64,000 nucleotides of DNA from the NCBI GenBank assembly GCA_965153355.1, contig OZ231126.1, forward strand, positions 36,208,001 to 36,272,000, given 5' to 3'. The notes under the pieces are model-generated. The model worked only from the letters and a program-made list of their open reading frames with translations, was not told the origin of the DNA and did not search any database. Position 1 is the stretch's first letter. Every line of letters starts with the position of its first letter. This DNA is from Flaccisagitta enflata. Its lineage: Eukaryota. A program made the position numbers and the translations under genes. Below, piece by piece: positions 14,385-33,149 of this stretch.

Positions 14385-14936
14385 TTTTGGGCAGCGGCAC
14401 CGAAAGGGGTCGATGACCTCTGCTTTCACACATATGGGGAATTTTCTCCTTGTCCTCCTTGTCCTCCTTGTCCTCCTTCTCCTTCTCCGTCCGTCCATCC
14501 CCCCCCCCCCGGCTTGAGGCTCGAATCCCAGTCCTGAGACCTAAATCCCAGCCGTGTGGCCCAAATCCTAGCCTGGAGGCCCAAATCCTAACCTGGAGGC
14601 CCAAATCCAGGCCTGGAGGCCCAAATTTCAGCCTTGAGGCCAAAATCCTAGCCAAAAGACCCAGATCCCAGCCTCCAGGCTAGGATTTGGGCCTCCAGGC
14701 TAAGATTTGGGCCTCCAGGCTAGGATTTAGGCCACGAGGCTGGGATTTGGGTCTCAGGACTGGGATTCGAGCCTCAGTCTGGGGGCGTACGGACGGAGGA
14801 GGAGGAGAAGGAGGAAGCATATGTGTGAAAGCAGGATCGACCCTTTGGGCCGCTGCTTCTCCCCTTCAAATTAAAGCACAATCTACTTAAGCAGGGCATG
14901 GGTACCGCTGACCATCTAACGCTTTTGCGACTATTT
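14385..14936 (+). mobile_element. Foldback-like non-autonomous element, family B (20-bp GGCCCAAATCCTAGCCTGGA arrays inverted about a centre)
   Basis: Arms GCAGCGG../..CCGCTGC; repeat polarity flips near 14675; 3' tail ending CGCTTTTGCGACTATTT. Copies at 51921-52495 and 26269-26702 (minus). Confidence 0.8.
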
Positions 14937-15233
14937 AACCTAAAACTGCCAATTTCGACCGACGAACGAGCCGACCGTTAGATAGACAAGCACGGCGACT
15001 CGGACTATCGCGATCATGCGATTGATAACCATCCCAACAAGGGACGTGGAAGCGATTGGCCACTTCCAATTTGGAGGATGGGATAGCAACTAGTATTTGA
15101 ACTGTAAATTGGTGATGTTTGGAAAGCTGTATGAAATTAAAAGATCTTTCATTGAAGTTGTGATTGCAATTTGCAGCTTAAACCATCTAGAAGTTACACT
15201 AGTTTAAAAGTCATTAGATTGGATTGTACTTGT

Positions 15234-15444
15234 AACGAGGCCATATACACGGCTACCCAAGTCGCGTGCGGGTGGGCAGGGGCAGTGATTAAAAAGGCTA
15301 ACCTAGCTTTTTAGCAGGAGCAGTGCAGCAAAAACCGCCCGTAAGTGCTAAAAAAGCTAAGAGTCACCGACCAACGAACTGACCCATCGACTGACAAACC
15401 GACAAACATTGCGGGTTATAGAGTCATCTGCACGGGACTAAAAA
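15234..15444 (-). mobile_element. HINE family A (other copy 55459-55664)
   Basis: 'ggccatatacacggctacccaagtcgcgtgcgggtggg' ... 'cacgggactaaaaa'. Confidence 0.8.
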
Positions 15445-15589
15445 CTGTCACTCTGCCAGATTTATTCACAAACATCGCCTTTACACCGACCGTTGCCGTT
15501 GGCTACCTTCCACTTCCAGCATAGATACGGTGTTGTAGTAAAAGCGTTTTCGACGAATAACGACTCGACTGTGACGGCAACGATGGCGG

Positions 15590-15737
15590 TGGCTGTGACG
15601 GTGGCGGTGGCGGTGGCGGCGGCGGTGGCGGTGGCGGTGGCGGTGGCGATGGCGGTGGCAGTGGCGGTGGCGGTTGCGGTGGTAACGGGGGCGGTGGCGG
15701 TGGCAATGGCGGTGGCAATAGAGGTGGTGGCGGTGGA
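15590..15737. repeat. (GGCGGT/GGT)n G-rich repeat (expanded at 55805-56030)
   Basis: Direct observation. Confidence 0.9.
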
Positions 15738-15981
15738 AATCGCGCAGTTGCGGCGACAGCGGCGAGGAAAATATATGGCTTGGGTATTTGTGGCAATCGT
15801 CGTTAAGAAGGCGTTTGCTGCGTCATTTCCAGTTCGGTCGCCGAGTTTGGCACTTCCACCTCCACTCAAAATCACGCCTTTTGCTGACTAACCTGAGTGC
15901 TTTCGCGGCGTCGTTCCTCAACGATAGAAAGGACTCATTCACGAACTGGGCTTATGAAGTGCCGCCTGTTTGTTTGTACAT

Positions 15982-16562
15982 TCACTGCATGGACATAGCG
16001 ACGTCAGAAAAAGATTTCATTTCCCAGTCGTCGTTTGAACCGCCAACTGATCGAGTAACTTGAATTAGAGAGAGGTCAAGGTCTTGGAAAAGCCTTGACT
16101 GCCCAGTGCCCACCTACTCTAAGTTTTCATTTTTCATTCCTACCATTCAACTTTTCCCTAGATGAGTCTCTTTTCTCTGCACAAGAATTCGCCATTTGCC
16201 AAGAGCATCGAAATTCAATTACCAAATTGATCAAAACAATGGTTACCCAATAGCCAATGCCGACGCGACTTACCTTAAAGTGTATTCTTTCCACGTCATT
16301 GATCAGAACAATGTTTACCCAATAGCCAATACCAATGCGACTTACCTTTAAGTGTATACTTTCCACATCATTGATCAGAACAATGGTTACCCAATAGCCA
16401 ATACCAACGCGACTTACCTTTAAGTGTATACTTTCCACGTCATTGATCAACACAATGGTTACCCAATAGCCAATACCAACGCGACTTACCTTTAAGTGTA
16501 TACCTTCCACGTCTCGCGTCTCTCTCGGGAGAGTCGTTCTCCGCCACTTGTTTGATATTCAT
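15982..16562 (-). CDS. Candidate spliced 49-aa sORF, copy 1 (MNIKQVAENDSPERDARRGRYTLKVTRSVGGSNDDWEMKSFSDVAMSMQ)
   Basis: Exons 16562-16490 and 16058-15982; donor AAG|gtaagt and acceptor ctctctctaattcaag join in phase 1; further donor CAG|gttagt at 15892. Confidence 0.35.
16225..16512. repeat. 72-bp tandem repeat x4, each containing a minus-strand AAG|GTAAGT-type donor
   Basis: 'cattgatca' at 16297, 16369 and 16441; two units in copy 2 (56523-56894). Confidence 0.92.
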
Positions 16563-16677
16563 TACTCCAGACGCGTTACGACCGTAAATCCGCTTTTACT
16601 CTTAAGACTTGTCCCTCCTCGTATTTTACCCACCAAACTTTCATTTACACGCCTTTTCTACAATTCACTCTTTATTA

Positions 16678-16783
<106 letters not shown>

Positions 16784-16825
16784 AATCTCCCTCTCTTTCT
16801 CAATCTCCCTCTCTTTCTCTCTCTC

Positions 16826-17014
<189 letters not shown>

Positions 17015-17229
17015 CTCTGAACCACAGACTTAATGATTGTCCAAAATGGCAACATAAAAACATACAAAGCTCTGACAGACATGAACGAATTGATTTTAAC
17101 AAAAAATTTTTCAATGACATCAGCATTCTCCGTGAAATAATACCCGTTATACCAAATCTTTGGAATGTAAAAAGTGCCCACTCGGCACAATGTACGCAGA
17201 TTGATGCTTATGAAGATTGTACTCACTTA

Positions 17230-17318
17230 AGGGGTTGTCGCATTGGAAACATTATTGAGGTATTACATAGGGAATATCTCGATGATATCTAGATAATACG
17301 CCCAATGCGACAACCCCT
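17230..17318. mobile_element. 89-bp PIF/Harbinger (Tourist-like) MITE
   Basis: Perfect 17-bp TIR AGGGGTTGTCGCATTGG, TTA TSD; empty site 'cacttactcatg' at 57311. Confidence 0.92.
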
Positions 17319-17597
17319 TTACTCATGAATGCTTTTCATTTAACCTGCGTTTTAACAATCCTGAGCTATACAAGTCACATTCTGTCGTTAAAGAGAACCT
17401 TTATGTACGAATCACTCAGATAGTGATGACGGCGTTTGGACTCGTATGAAATATTTATTCCATTTTTGAACTTGTTTATCCTGTATTGTTATTTATGATT
17501 CTCTCTCACTTTGTATGCAAGTACAGCTCATAACAATTTTATATTGTTGATGTGATAAATGCACATTTGATGAGCATTACAAATCAATCAATCAATC

Positions 17598-17704
<107 letters not shown>

Positions 17705-18499
17705 TCCTTTCTTCCGGCCCTTTTCCTTTGGTTAATCGTTTAGCATTCATCTCTTCTCTCTTTTATGCGACGACCTTGCCCTGCCTCCCTGCCTCCCTGC
17801 CGTCCTACCGTTCTGCCGCACAATTTACCATTTGCTCAATTTACTACTTCTTTCTTTAATCTTTTTTCCCTTTTCTGAGAAAATAGTCCAAGCGTTTTTT
17901 TGACAGCGGCTCCACTGCAATCATGCGGGTCCAAATAACTTTCTTTTTAATAGATCTATTTCTTCATTTCTCTTTACTCTCTTGTGTCGTTGGGGAGGGG
18001 AGTGGGTGGGAGGCCCAATGAAAGGGTCTGGGCGGTCTCACATCTTTTATAGCACCAGATTGTTGTTAGACCACACTGAAAGACAGAAATATTTGAAATT
18101 GTAACGAAGATACGTATAGGTGAATTGGTGGTGTGGAGGGAGTGACAGGTATTCATTTTTCGTGGTGGTGGTATCTGGGGCAGTGTGGATACGTTGTGCT
18201 CAAGCCTATGAATAATTCAATCAATAACTGAATCCATTAGAGAAATTGTTTTTCTTTCTTTTTTTTTCTATAAAAAACTGAAAATTTTTATTCATGAATT
18301 TGGAATGAACTTTTTCAATCGGCCAAAGAATTATTTCATAACTGTTCGAGTGCTCGTCCTATTTCCTCTTGCTTTCATGTTCATTGGCCCTTCAGTCTTC
18401 CTCTTCTTCCTCCATTCTTTATTATTCGTTCCCAGACCGACCGACAAAGTCTTGCCGACCCGTCGTCCAAATATTGGTTTGTCGGCGTTAATTTTAGTA

Positions 18500-18676
18500 C
18501 AGTTGAACCCCGCTCAAACGGACCCGCCACCAACAGAATTCCGCCTATAACCCATGCAAATTTATGGTCCCTTTAAATTTATTTCTTTCACTTCCTTTGT
18601 TGGCAATAACAGAAGTCCACCTATAAAAGAAAAAAAATGTCGGTCCCCTGAAATCCGTTAGAGCGGGGTTTAACTG
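18500..18676. mobile_element. pogo/Tigger-like MITE
   Basis: TIR CAGTTGAACCCCGCTCAAACGGA, TA TSD; empty site 'ttagtactaac' at ~58420. Confidence 0.9.
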
Positions 18677-19366
18677 TACTACCCCTGCCCAGCAACATTC
18701 CGTTTGGAGTTTTTAACCACATCTCCTCGATGTAATGTATCCTTCCCAAAGGATTTTGAAACCCGATGAACCCTTGAATCGTTCTCATTTTTCATGTTCT
18801 GGTTTCTCAATATTTTCTTCGCTCTCTATCTAACTCACTACAACGAGGAGGCACATTTTTGAGAATGAGCCCCATCTGCAACAGCGGTAAAACAAAAAAG
18901 TGGTGATCATCAAAGTGGAATTGTCATATTATTTCGAGAAGTATACCCCTGCAACACATTTAAGTTTGCCCCATTTGATTTTCTTTTTCTTCTTCTTCTT
19001 CTTCTTCTTCTTTTTCTTCTTTTTCATCATCTTCTTCTTCTTCTTCTTCTTCTTCTTCTTCTGCTTCTTCTTCTTCTTCTTCTTCTTCTTCTTCTTCTTC
19101 TTCTTCTTCTTCTCCTTCTTCTTCTCCATACTTTCATGCCCCAATCACATTTGTATCTCTGCCTTTTTGGGCTGTGGCCCCTAAGGGCCAATGTTCTGCA
19201 GGACACAAGGGTGAATCCCAAGACATCTGCCTGTCCTTCCATCCTTCTTCTTTTTCTTCTTCTTCTTCTTTACTTCTTCTCCTTCATCTTCTTCCTCTTT
19301 TTTTCTTTTTCTTCTCCCTCTCCCTCTTTCTTTTGACTTAGATATTTTCTTTACATTTTTGTTTAT

Positions 19367-19977
19367 GACGGCGAATTTTCGAAGGAAAATTAAGTGTTTC
19401 ACCATACTTTTTACGTCATGATCAGGACAATAATGAAGCTGGAATGCTTTTGATAAACATTTTGTCTCTAAAGACACCTGGTGTATACCTTTTTATCATA
19501 TTTTGACCTAAAAAGTAATTTGAACTATGCGATTGATATGGAAATAAGCAGGAAAATGATGGTTTTTAGCAAATTTCTGCTTACATTTTTTTTAATTTTC
19601 TGTGGTCTAAATTCTAAGAAAGCCATACACAGGGAAATTTTGCATTTTGAAAAACATAGTTCTCTCTGTGATCGATTTGAGAAGAGAACTATGTTCTTTG
19701 TTTCTTGATATTTTAATTTTCTATGCAAATTTAGAATTTAGACCAGCCCCCTGTCAGTAACCAAAAATGAAAAAAGTATAAATTTTCAATAGATTTTTTT
19801 TAGTAACATTGGCTAAACTTGATCCTTCTTGCTTAATGAATGCAAATTTTTCTTTTAGATATTATGTCTGAGCTATCGAAATCATTTTTATTCACTTGTT
19901 TTTCCATTTCCATTCATTCAAAATTTCCATTTTGACCCTCTTTGAAACACAAATGTTGCCTTCGCGGGGACGCTGTC
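19367..19977. mobile_element. Non-autonomous TIR element with GAC...GTC ends and 4-bp TTAT TSD (unclassified; Sola-like possible)
   Basis: Empty site 'tttgtttatattcttag' at 58921; imperfect TIR GACGGCG..CGAAGG / CCTTCG..CGCTGTC. Confidence 0.85.
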
Positions 19978-20611
19978 TTATATTCTTAGACCGAATCGAT
20001 TCTCTTTTTCACATTCTTTCCCTCGAAAGAATGAAGAAATGTGAAAGCGAAACCCAAACAAAGGTTGAAAAGGATTTTTTTCCTTCTTTGAATCTTGGGA
20101 AACTTCCGCCAAACTCCCAATTCAACAATTCAAGACGGCAAAGTGAGAAAATACCGCGAGACGGTAACAACAATAACAACAAAAACATCAGACGCTCAAA
20201 TTTCAGCCAACCTACATTGTTGTGAAAATCACCAAAAGGAAGGCAAATGCTGTTCCTTATGCAAAACTTTTATTTTGCAATAATTTTCCATTGCAATCAA
20301 GAAAAAATAGATAAACAGCATTTTCCGATCGTGCGCTGTTGGGCCGAGCAGTGATTTTCATCGGCCCTTGCAATTTGCGGACACGCAACTCTATGAGAGA
20401 CTTTGTCCGTCAATCCGTCCGTCCGTCCATCCGTTGGTCTGACGCATGAGTCGAAAATTGGAAAAAACAAACGTTTTAGATTCTTTTTTTGGGTATGTGT
20501 GTTGGTGGGGGGGGGGGAGATATGAGGGTGTCGATGGGGGTTGGATGCCCATCCGTCCGCGACAGATTGTGACCCCGCGTCACTTGTTTTCCATATTCAG
20601 ATACGTACATT

Positions 20612-28613
<8,002 letters not shown>

Positions 28614-29410
28614 CCATAATTCAAGAAAACATGCCGGCCTCTTATTTTGAGCAAGATAGTAAACAAATCGACAACCCAAAAACACAGGCAAATCGTAGTG
28701 GTGATGATACCAAAAGGTCAATGATCCTTTTATTTGGGGTATAAATTGAAAAAGATGAATGAATGTATGAAAAGATAGGTCATTGATACCTTCATAGATG
28801 CGACCCTTTGCTAAGTGACAAGCTAAGACCCTTCTATCTAAAGAAATTCACTGTAATTGACATTACATTCTTTTGCGTGAATTTAAAGTTCGCTGATTTG
28901 AGTGACCGAGCCAAGAGTCTTCACTGTTCATATTGAAAATCAATGGTAAACATACAAAGTCAGTTCTATTGTTCTTCCGTTGCATCTTTTTTATAATTTC
29001 ATTAAAAACAAAACAAAAAGAAATTTATCGATTTTCGGTGCCGTCACGTCATTCCCAACATTTCCTCTCTCTGAAAATCAATAATTAACTACATCTAGAA
29101 TTTCTATTTCTTTTCCATTTCTTCCATTCCTTCTAAGCGTCTCTTCCACACGACTAGAGCGATAAAAAGACACGAGAGAAACAAAACAAGTTTGAGATCG
29201 ATTGCCGTCGCAATCAAGTCAAAGCAAAATCTGGCAATCCCAAAAAAGGATGTCGCTTCAATTTTTTTTTACTCCGACATTCCCAAAAAGGGAGGTGGTT
29301 CCCATTTCATTCCGGCATTCCCAAAAAAGGACAAATTTTCCATTCTATTCCATGATCTTCCATGGCGCCCATTTCATAATCTACAAACATCAATCCATTA
29401 TCGTACATTA

Positions 29411-29592
29411 CAGTTACACCCCGCTTTGATGGATACAAGAGAAATGGAAATCCATTAACAATGGATAAAAGATCATAACTTTTCCGTGTCATCTGATTTT
29501 GTTTTCGTATTGGTAAAGACATGAACTTGAACCCATTAAACACAAGCAAAGTCTAATAATGCCTGGACATCCGTCATTGAGAGGTATAACTG
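29411..29592. mobile_element. pogo/Tigger-like MITE, diverged
   Basis: TA|CAGTTACACCCCGC...GAGAGGTATAACTG|TA. Confidence 0.75.
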
Positions 29593-30500
29593 TAGGTCAT
29601 AATTAACTACATCGGCGCCAAGATGCCGAACTGATCTCCGACATTCCCGAAAAAAAGGGAAAGCAAAAGCGCATATAGAGAGAAAGCGAGTCATATGATA
29701 GGATTAAAGGGAATCAAATGGACGTAAAAAAATGGAGATACTTGCACAGAAATCAACGCCTCCGCCATCTGTTCGGATTACGTCATCCTTTCAAGAGGTG
29801 CACATCTTAGTGATCGAAGATGACTCGATGCCACACTGTGATTGTGACAATATGTTATTACGATAATGATAATTTCAAAGAGAAAGTATTGAGCGGATTC
29901 AGCTGCCACTGCCAACCGTTGGGACATCTTTCACTTCTACACCGCAAACAAAACAGTACACAATTAAGGGAAAAGGCTACAACGTGAAGTATGAGCAACA
30001 ATTGTTTCTGATTCCATTTGATTCGTACTTGATTATCGAGTCATGTTTGAGTCATCATTCGTCGAGAATTGCGCACAATGATTTGGTCATCTTTCAAGAG
30101 GCGTATCAACGTCAAAAACGTGTACAATGTTCCATCTACCAAAACCTTCCGTTTCTAAAGGCCTCCACATATTTGCAATACTCAAATGGCTTGGAAGTCA
30201 GTGAATTTAGAACGCGAATTTTTTTTCTTCAAGTTTGACCAGTATTTGGCTTTTTTGAAGCCTTGTCTCGAAAGTTGATTAGTTTTATAAAATCACCGTG
30301 ATCAAAGCCAAACAAAAAAGTTCGGGTTCTAGGCCCACTGGAAAATGTCTTTAAAAAAACCCGCATCCAACAAACAGTCTCATCTTCCCACGAGTTACGT
30401 ACATCTGAGTCAAAGTTGTTTTTTTTTCTTTCCGTCATCCATCAATGAAATCCTTGTTATTGCGCTGGCTCGCCGCCTCCGCGCCTCTTTCCTCTCACCT

Positions 30501-30915
30501 CTAATAGTCTCGATCTCTTCCTCTTCCTCTTCCGCCGCCTCCTCTGCCGCCTCCTCTGTCCGATCTTTCCTCGCCATAATCGAGCACGACGTCTCGACCT
30601 CCGATGGCGGTGCCGCTCATCGAGTTGAAGGCGTTCATGGCGTCGTCGGGCGTCTCAAACTCCACGTAGCCGAAACCTTTGATTCTGCCATCGAATCTGA
30701 GCGGAAGTCGGGCCTGTTTGGCGCCGAACGCGGATCTCAGCGAATCCTCGTCGATGGAAAAAGGCAAATTGCCCACGAAAAGGGTTCTGGTGACCCCTTC
30801 CAAATCCTTTCGCGTCACGTAGCTGTTGCCACCACCTCGGCCTCGACCACCTCCGCGACCACCACGGCTGCCGGAGCGGGAACGATCGGCGCTACCAAAG
30901 CCACCACCACCGCCG

Positions 30916-30946
<31 letters not shown>

Positions 30947-31580
30947 CCGCACCATCTCTCTCCTCGTTGTAATCGAGAATGAGATCGCGGCCTTTGACGC
31001 TGGTGCCATTCATGTTATTGAATGCATCAGATGCCTCATCGGGAGTGTTGAATTCCATGTAACCTGTACATGAATATTTGAAATATGATTCAACAAAGTC
31101 AAAAGAAATAATGAAATGGAATGTTACCATCATGAACCCCTGTCACCTACCATTGACAATCTATCATCAGCAATGTCTCTGCGCATTTCTCTCTCTTACA
31201 AGAAAACATCAGAGTAGGTCAGCACACGGGCCCTCTGGATCATTCAGCTGACCGACCGGCCCACCGACTGACAGAGCCTCTGTTAGACATGCTTGGATGA
31301 TGCACATCGCACTTTCACGTAAGGGTTTGGTAAATTAACACCAAAATTCACTCAGTAAGGTTTCTTCGCACTCACCGAAGCCCTTGAGCCTGCCATCTTC
31401 CCAGACCGGGAGTCGGGCGGATTGGCAGCCGAAAGCGGAAATCAGTTCTTCCTCCTCGATGGTCCAAGGCAAGTTCTTGACAAAGAGAGTTCTAGTGATC
31501 CCTTCCAAATCCAATCTGGGTTCGCGATCGTAACCACCGCGACCACGCCCACGTCCACGTCCGCGTCCGCGATCACCCAT
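30501..31580 (-). CDS. RNA-binding protein, 255 aa, RG-RRM-RGG-RRM-RGG (nucleolin/Nsr1/Gar2-like RRMs)
   Basis: Exons 31580-31376 and 31063-30501. The gtgagt...tacag intron splits RNP1 KGFG|YMEF. RNP2 LFVKNL and LFVGNL, second RNP1 KGFGYVEF, Gly/Arg tracts; upstream acceptor at 31631-31632. Confidence 0.93.
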
Positions 31581-32748
31581 TATGTGGTTGGTTTGTTTGA
31601 GCTGGAGACGCTTCGTGCGATTGTCGATCTCTGCAAAGGCAAAGAGGCTGTTTAGCATTGGGCCGGATTCATGACAGGCAGAGACGCTTCAAAGGTGATT
31701 TGGGGCATTTAAGGCAATTTAACTAATGTCCAATATGTGCTTTTTACAGATGTAGGAACCCACCAATCTATGGGCAAACCGACCAAGTGTAAGAGTGGAT
31801 AATGAGTCGGTTGATAGACTCAAGTATCCTGTGGCACTAACCTTTTGATCAAGAAGATCCTTTTAGGTTGAAATGTTCCGAACGCCGGGCTTCGATGTTT
31901 TGATCTCAATCTGAATTTTCTGAATAAGTTTTCTCGAGAAGTTTCTCTTTTTTCTCTTTTTTTTTTTTTCTCAAATAAACTGCAAGTATCTGTAATTAGA
32001 ATAATTCTCCGATATAGTAATTCGGTAAAATTACATGGAACATAGCATGGTCAAGTAATTGTGCAGGTGAAAACAAAATTTGACATATACGATAGAAATT
32101 CACGCTAATTTTTTAGAAAAACAACGAAGATAAACTTAACTCAGTGCATAACATTGATATCAATGAAAAGTTGCCGCTATCTCGGGACACAAATTCTTGA
32201 TTTTTGTTTCATTTTCTGCTAAAATGTCACCTACAATTATGATTTTATGAGATTTATATCATCAATCTCCTTCCTAACAATAATGCATTGCAATGATTTC
32301 ATAACAACCGTATCAGCGAGTCGAATATTGTCAACATTTACACAATGACTTAATACGAATCAGTAACAACGCACAGGTACATTCAAAATACAATGAGACG
32401 ATATCAAAGGTTTTCATCAAAAATGAATTCAACGGCAATAGGAAAAATATAAGCTGGTATAAAAAAAAAAACAGGTTCTAGCTATAACTATGAAAGTGAA
32501 AAGGGGCACTTGAATAATGAGTTTTCGCTAAAGACCTACAAGCTCAATATTGAGATATCAACGTTATCAAACCCTACTTGGGGAAAATGTAAATGTACAG
32601 TCAAAAGGGCATGTCTGTTTTTCAAAGCATCTAGCCGGATGAAAATCGGCGACTTGTTCCAAAAATCAAAAATGTAAAATCAAAAATTTTGTGCATGAAA
32701 GGTCAATACGTGGATTTTAAATCAGACTCGCTTGAAAGACACACAATA

Positions 32749-32896
32749 AACAAGGCCGGATACACGGCTACCCCAGTCGCGTGCGGGTGGGCAAAGACCT
32801 CAAAACCCCAAAAAAGTCAAGTGTGACAGACGGACCGACGGACGGACCAACAGACGGACCGACAAAGTGGAGTGTAGAGTCGCGTAGCACGCGACA
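32749..32896 (-). mobile_element. HINE family A, short
   Basis: Both diagnostic ends present. Confidence 0.85.
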
Positions 32897-33149
32897 TTTG
32901 GAAGAAAGGCTGTAAAGCCTTTGCCCCACGCTGGTAAAGATGAACAAAATTGAAAACGATACTACTAACTTGGTTAGGAAAATGAAGCATAATGTAAATC
33001 AAATTCAACGATGCAAACATACTGACCAGTGACCACCAATGAGTTACAGAGTTCTGTGCAAACAACAAAATTGTAAAAGTAATTTGTTGTAAAAGGTCTG
33101 GGAAGTGCGGCCCACTACTCAATTGTCAGTTTAAAATAATTCATAAACT

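Noticed and set aside
15503..15796. Polyproline or polyglycine ORF over the (GGCGGT)n tract
   Set aside because: No ATG start, and copy 2 has a 4-bp insertion near 56040 that changes the frame.
16225..16512. CRISPR-like array
   Set aside because: Contiguous 72-bp units with no unique spacers, eukaryotic context, no cas genes.
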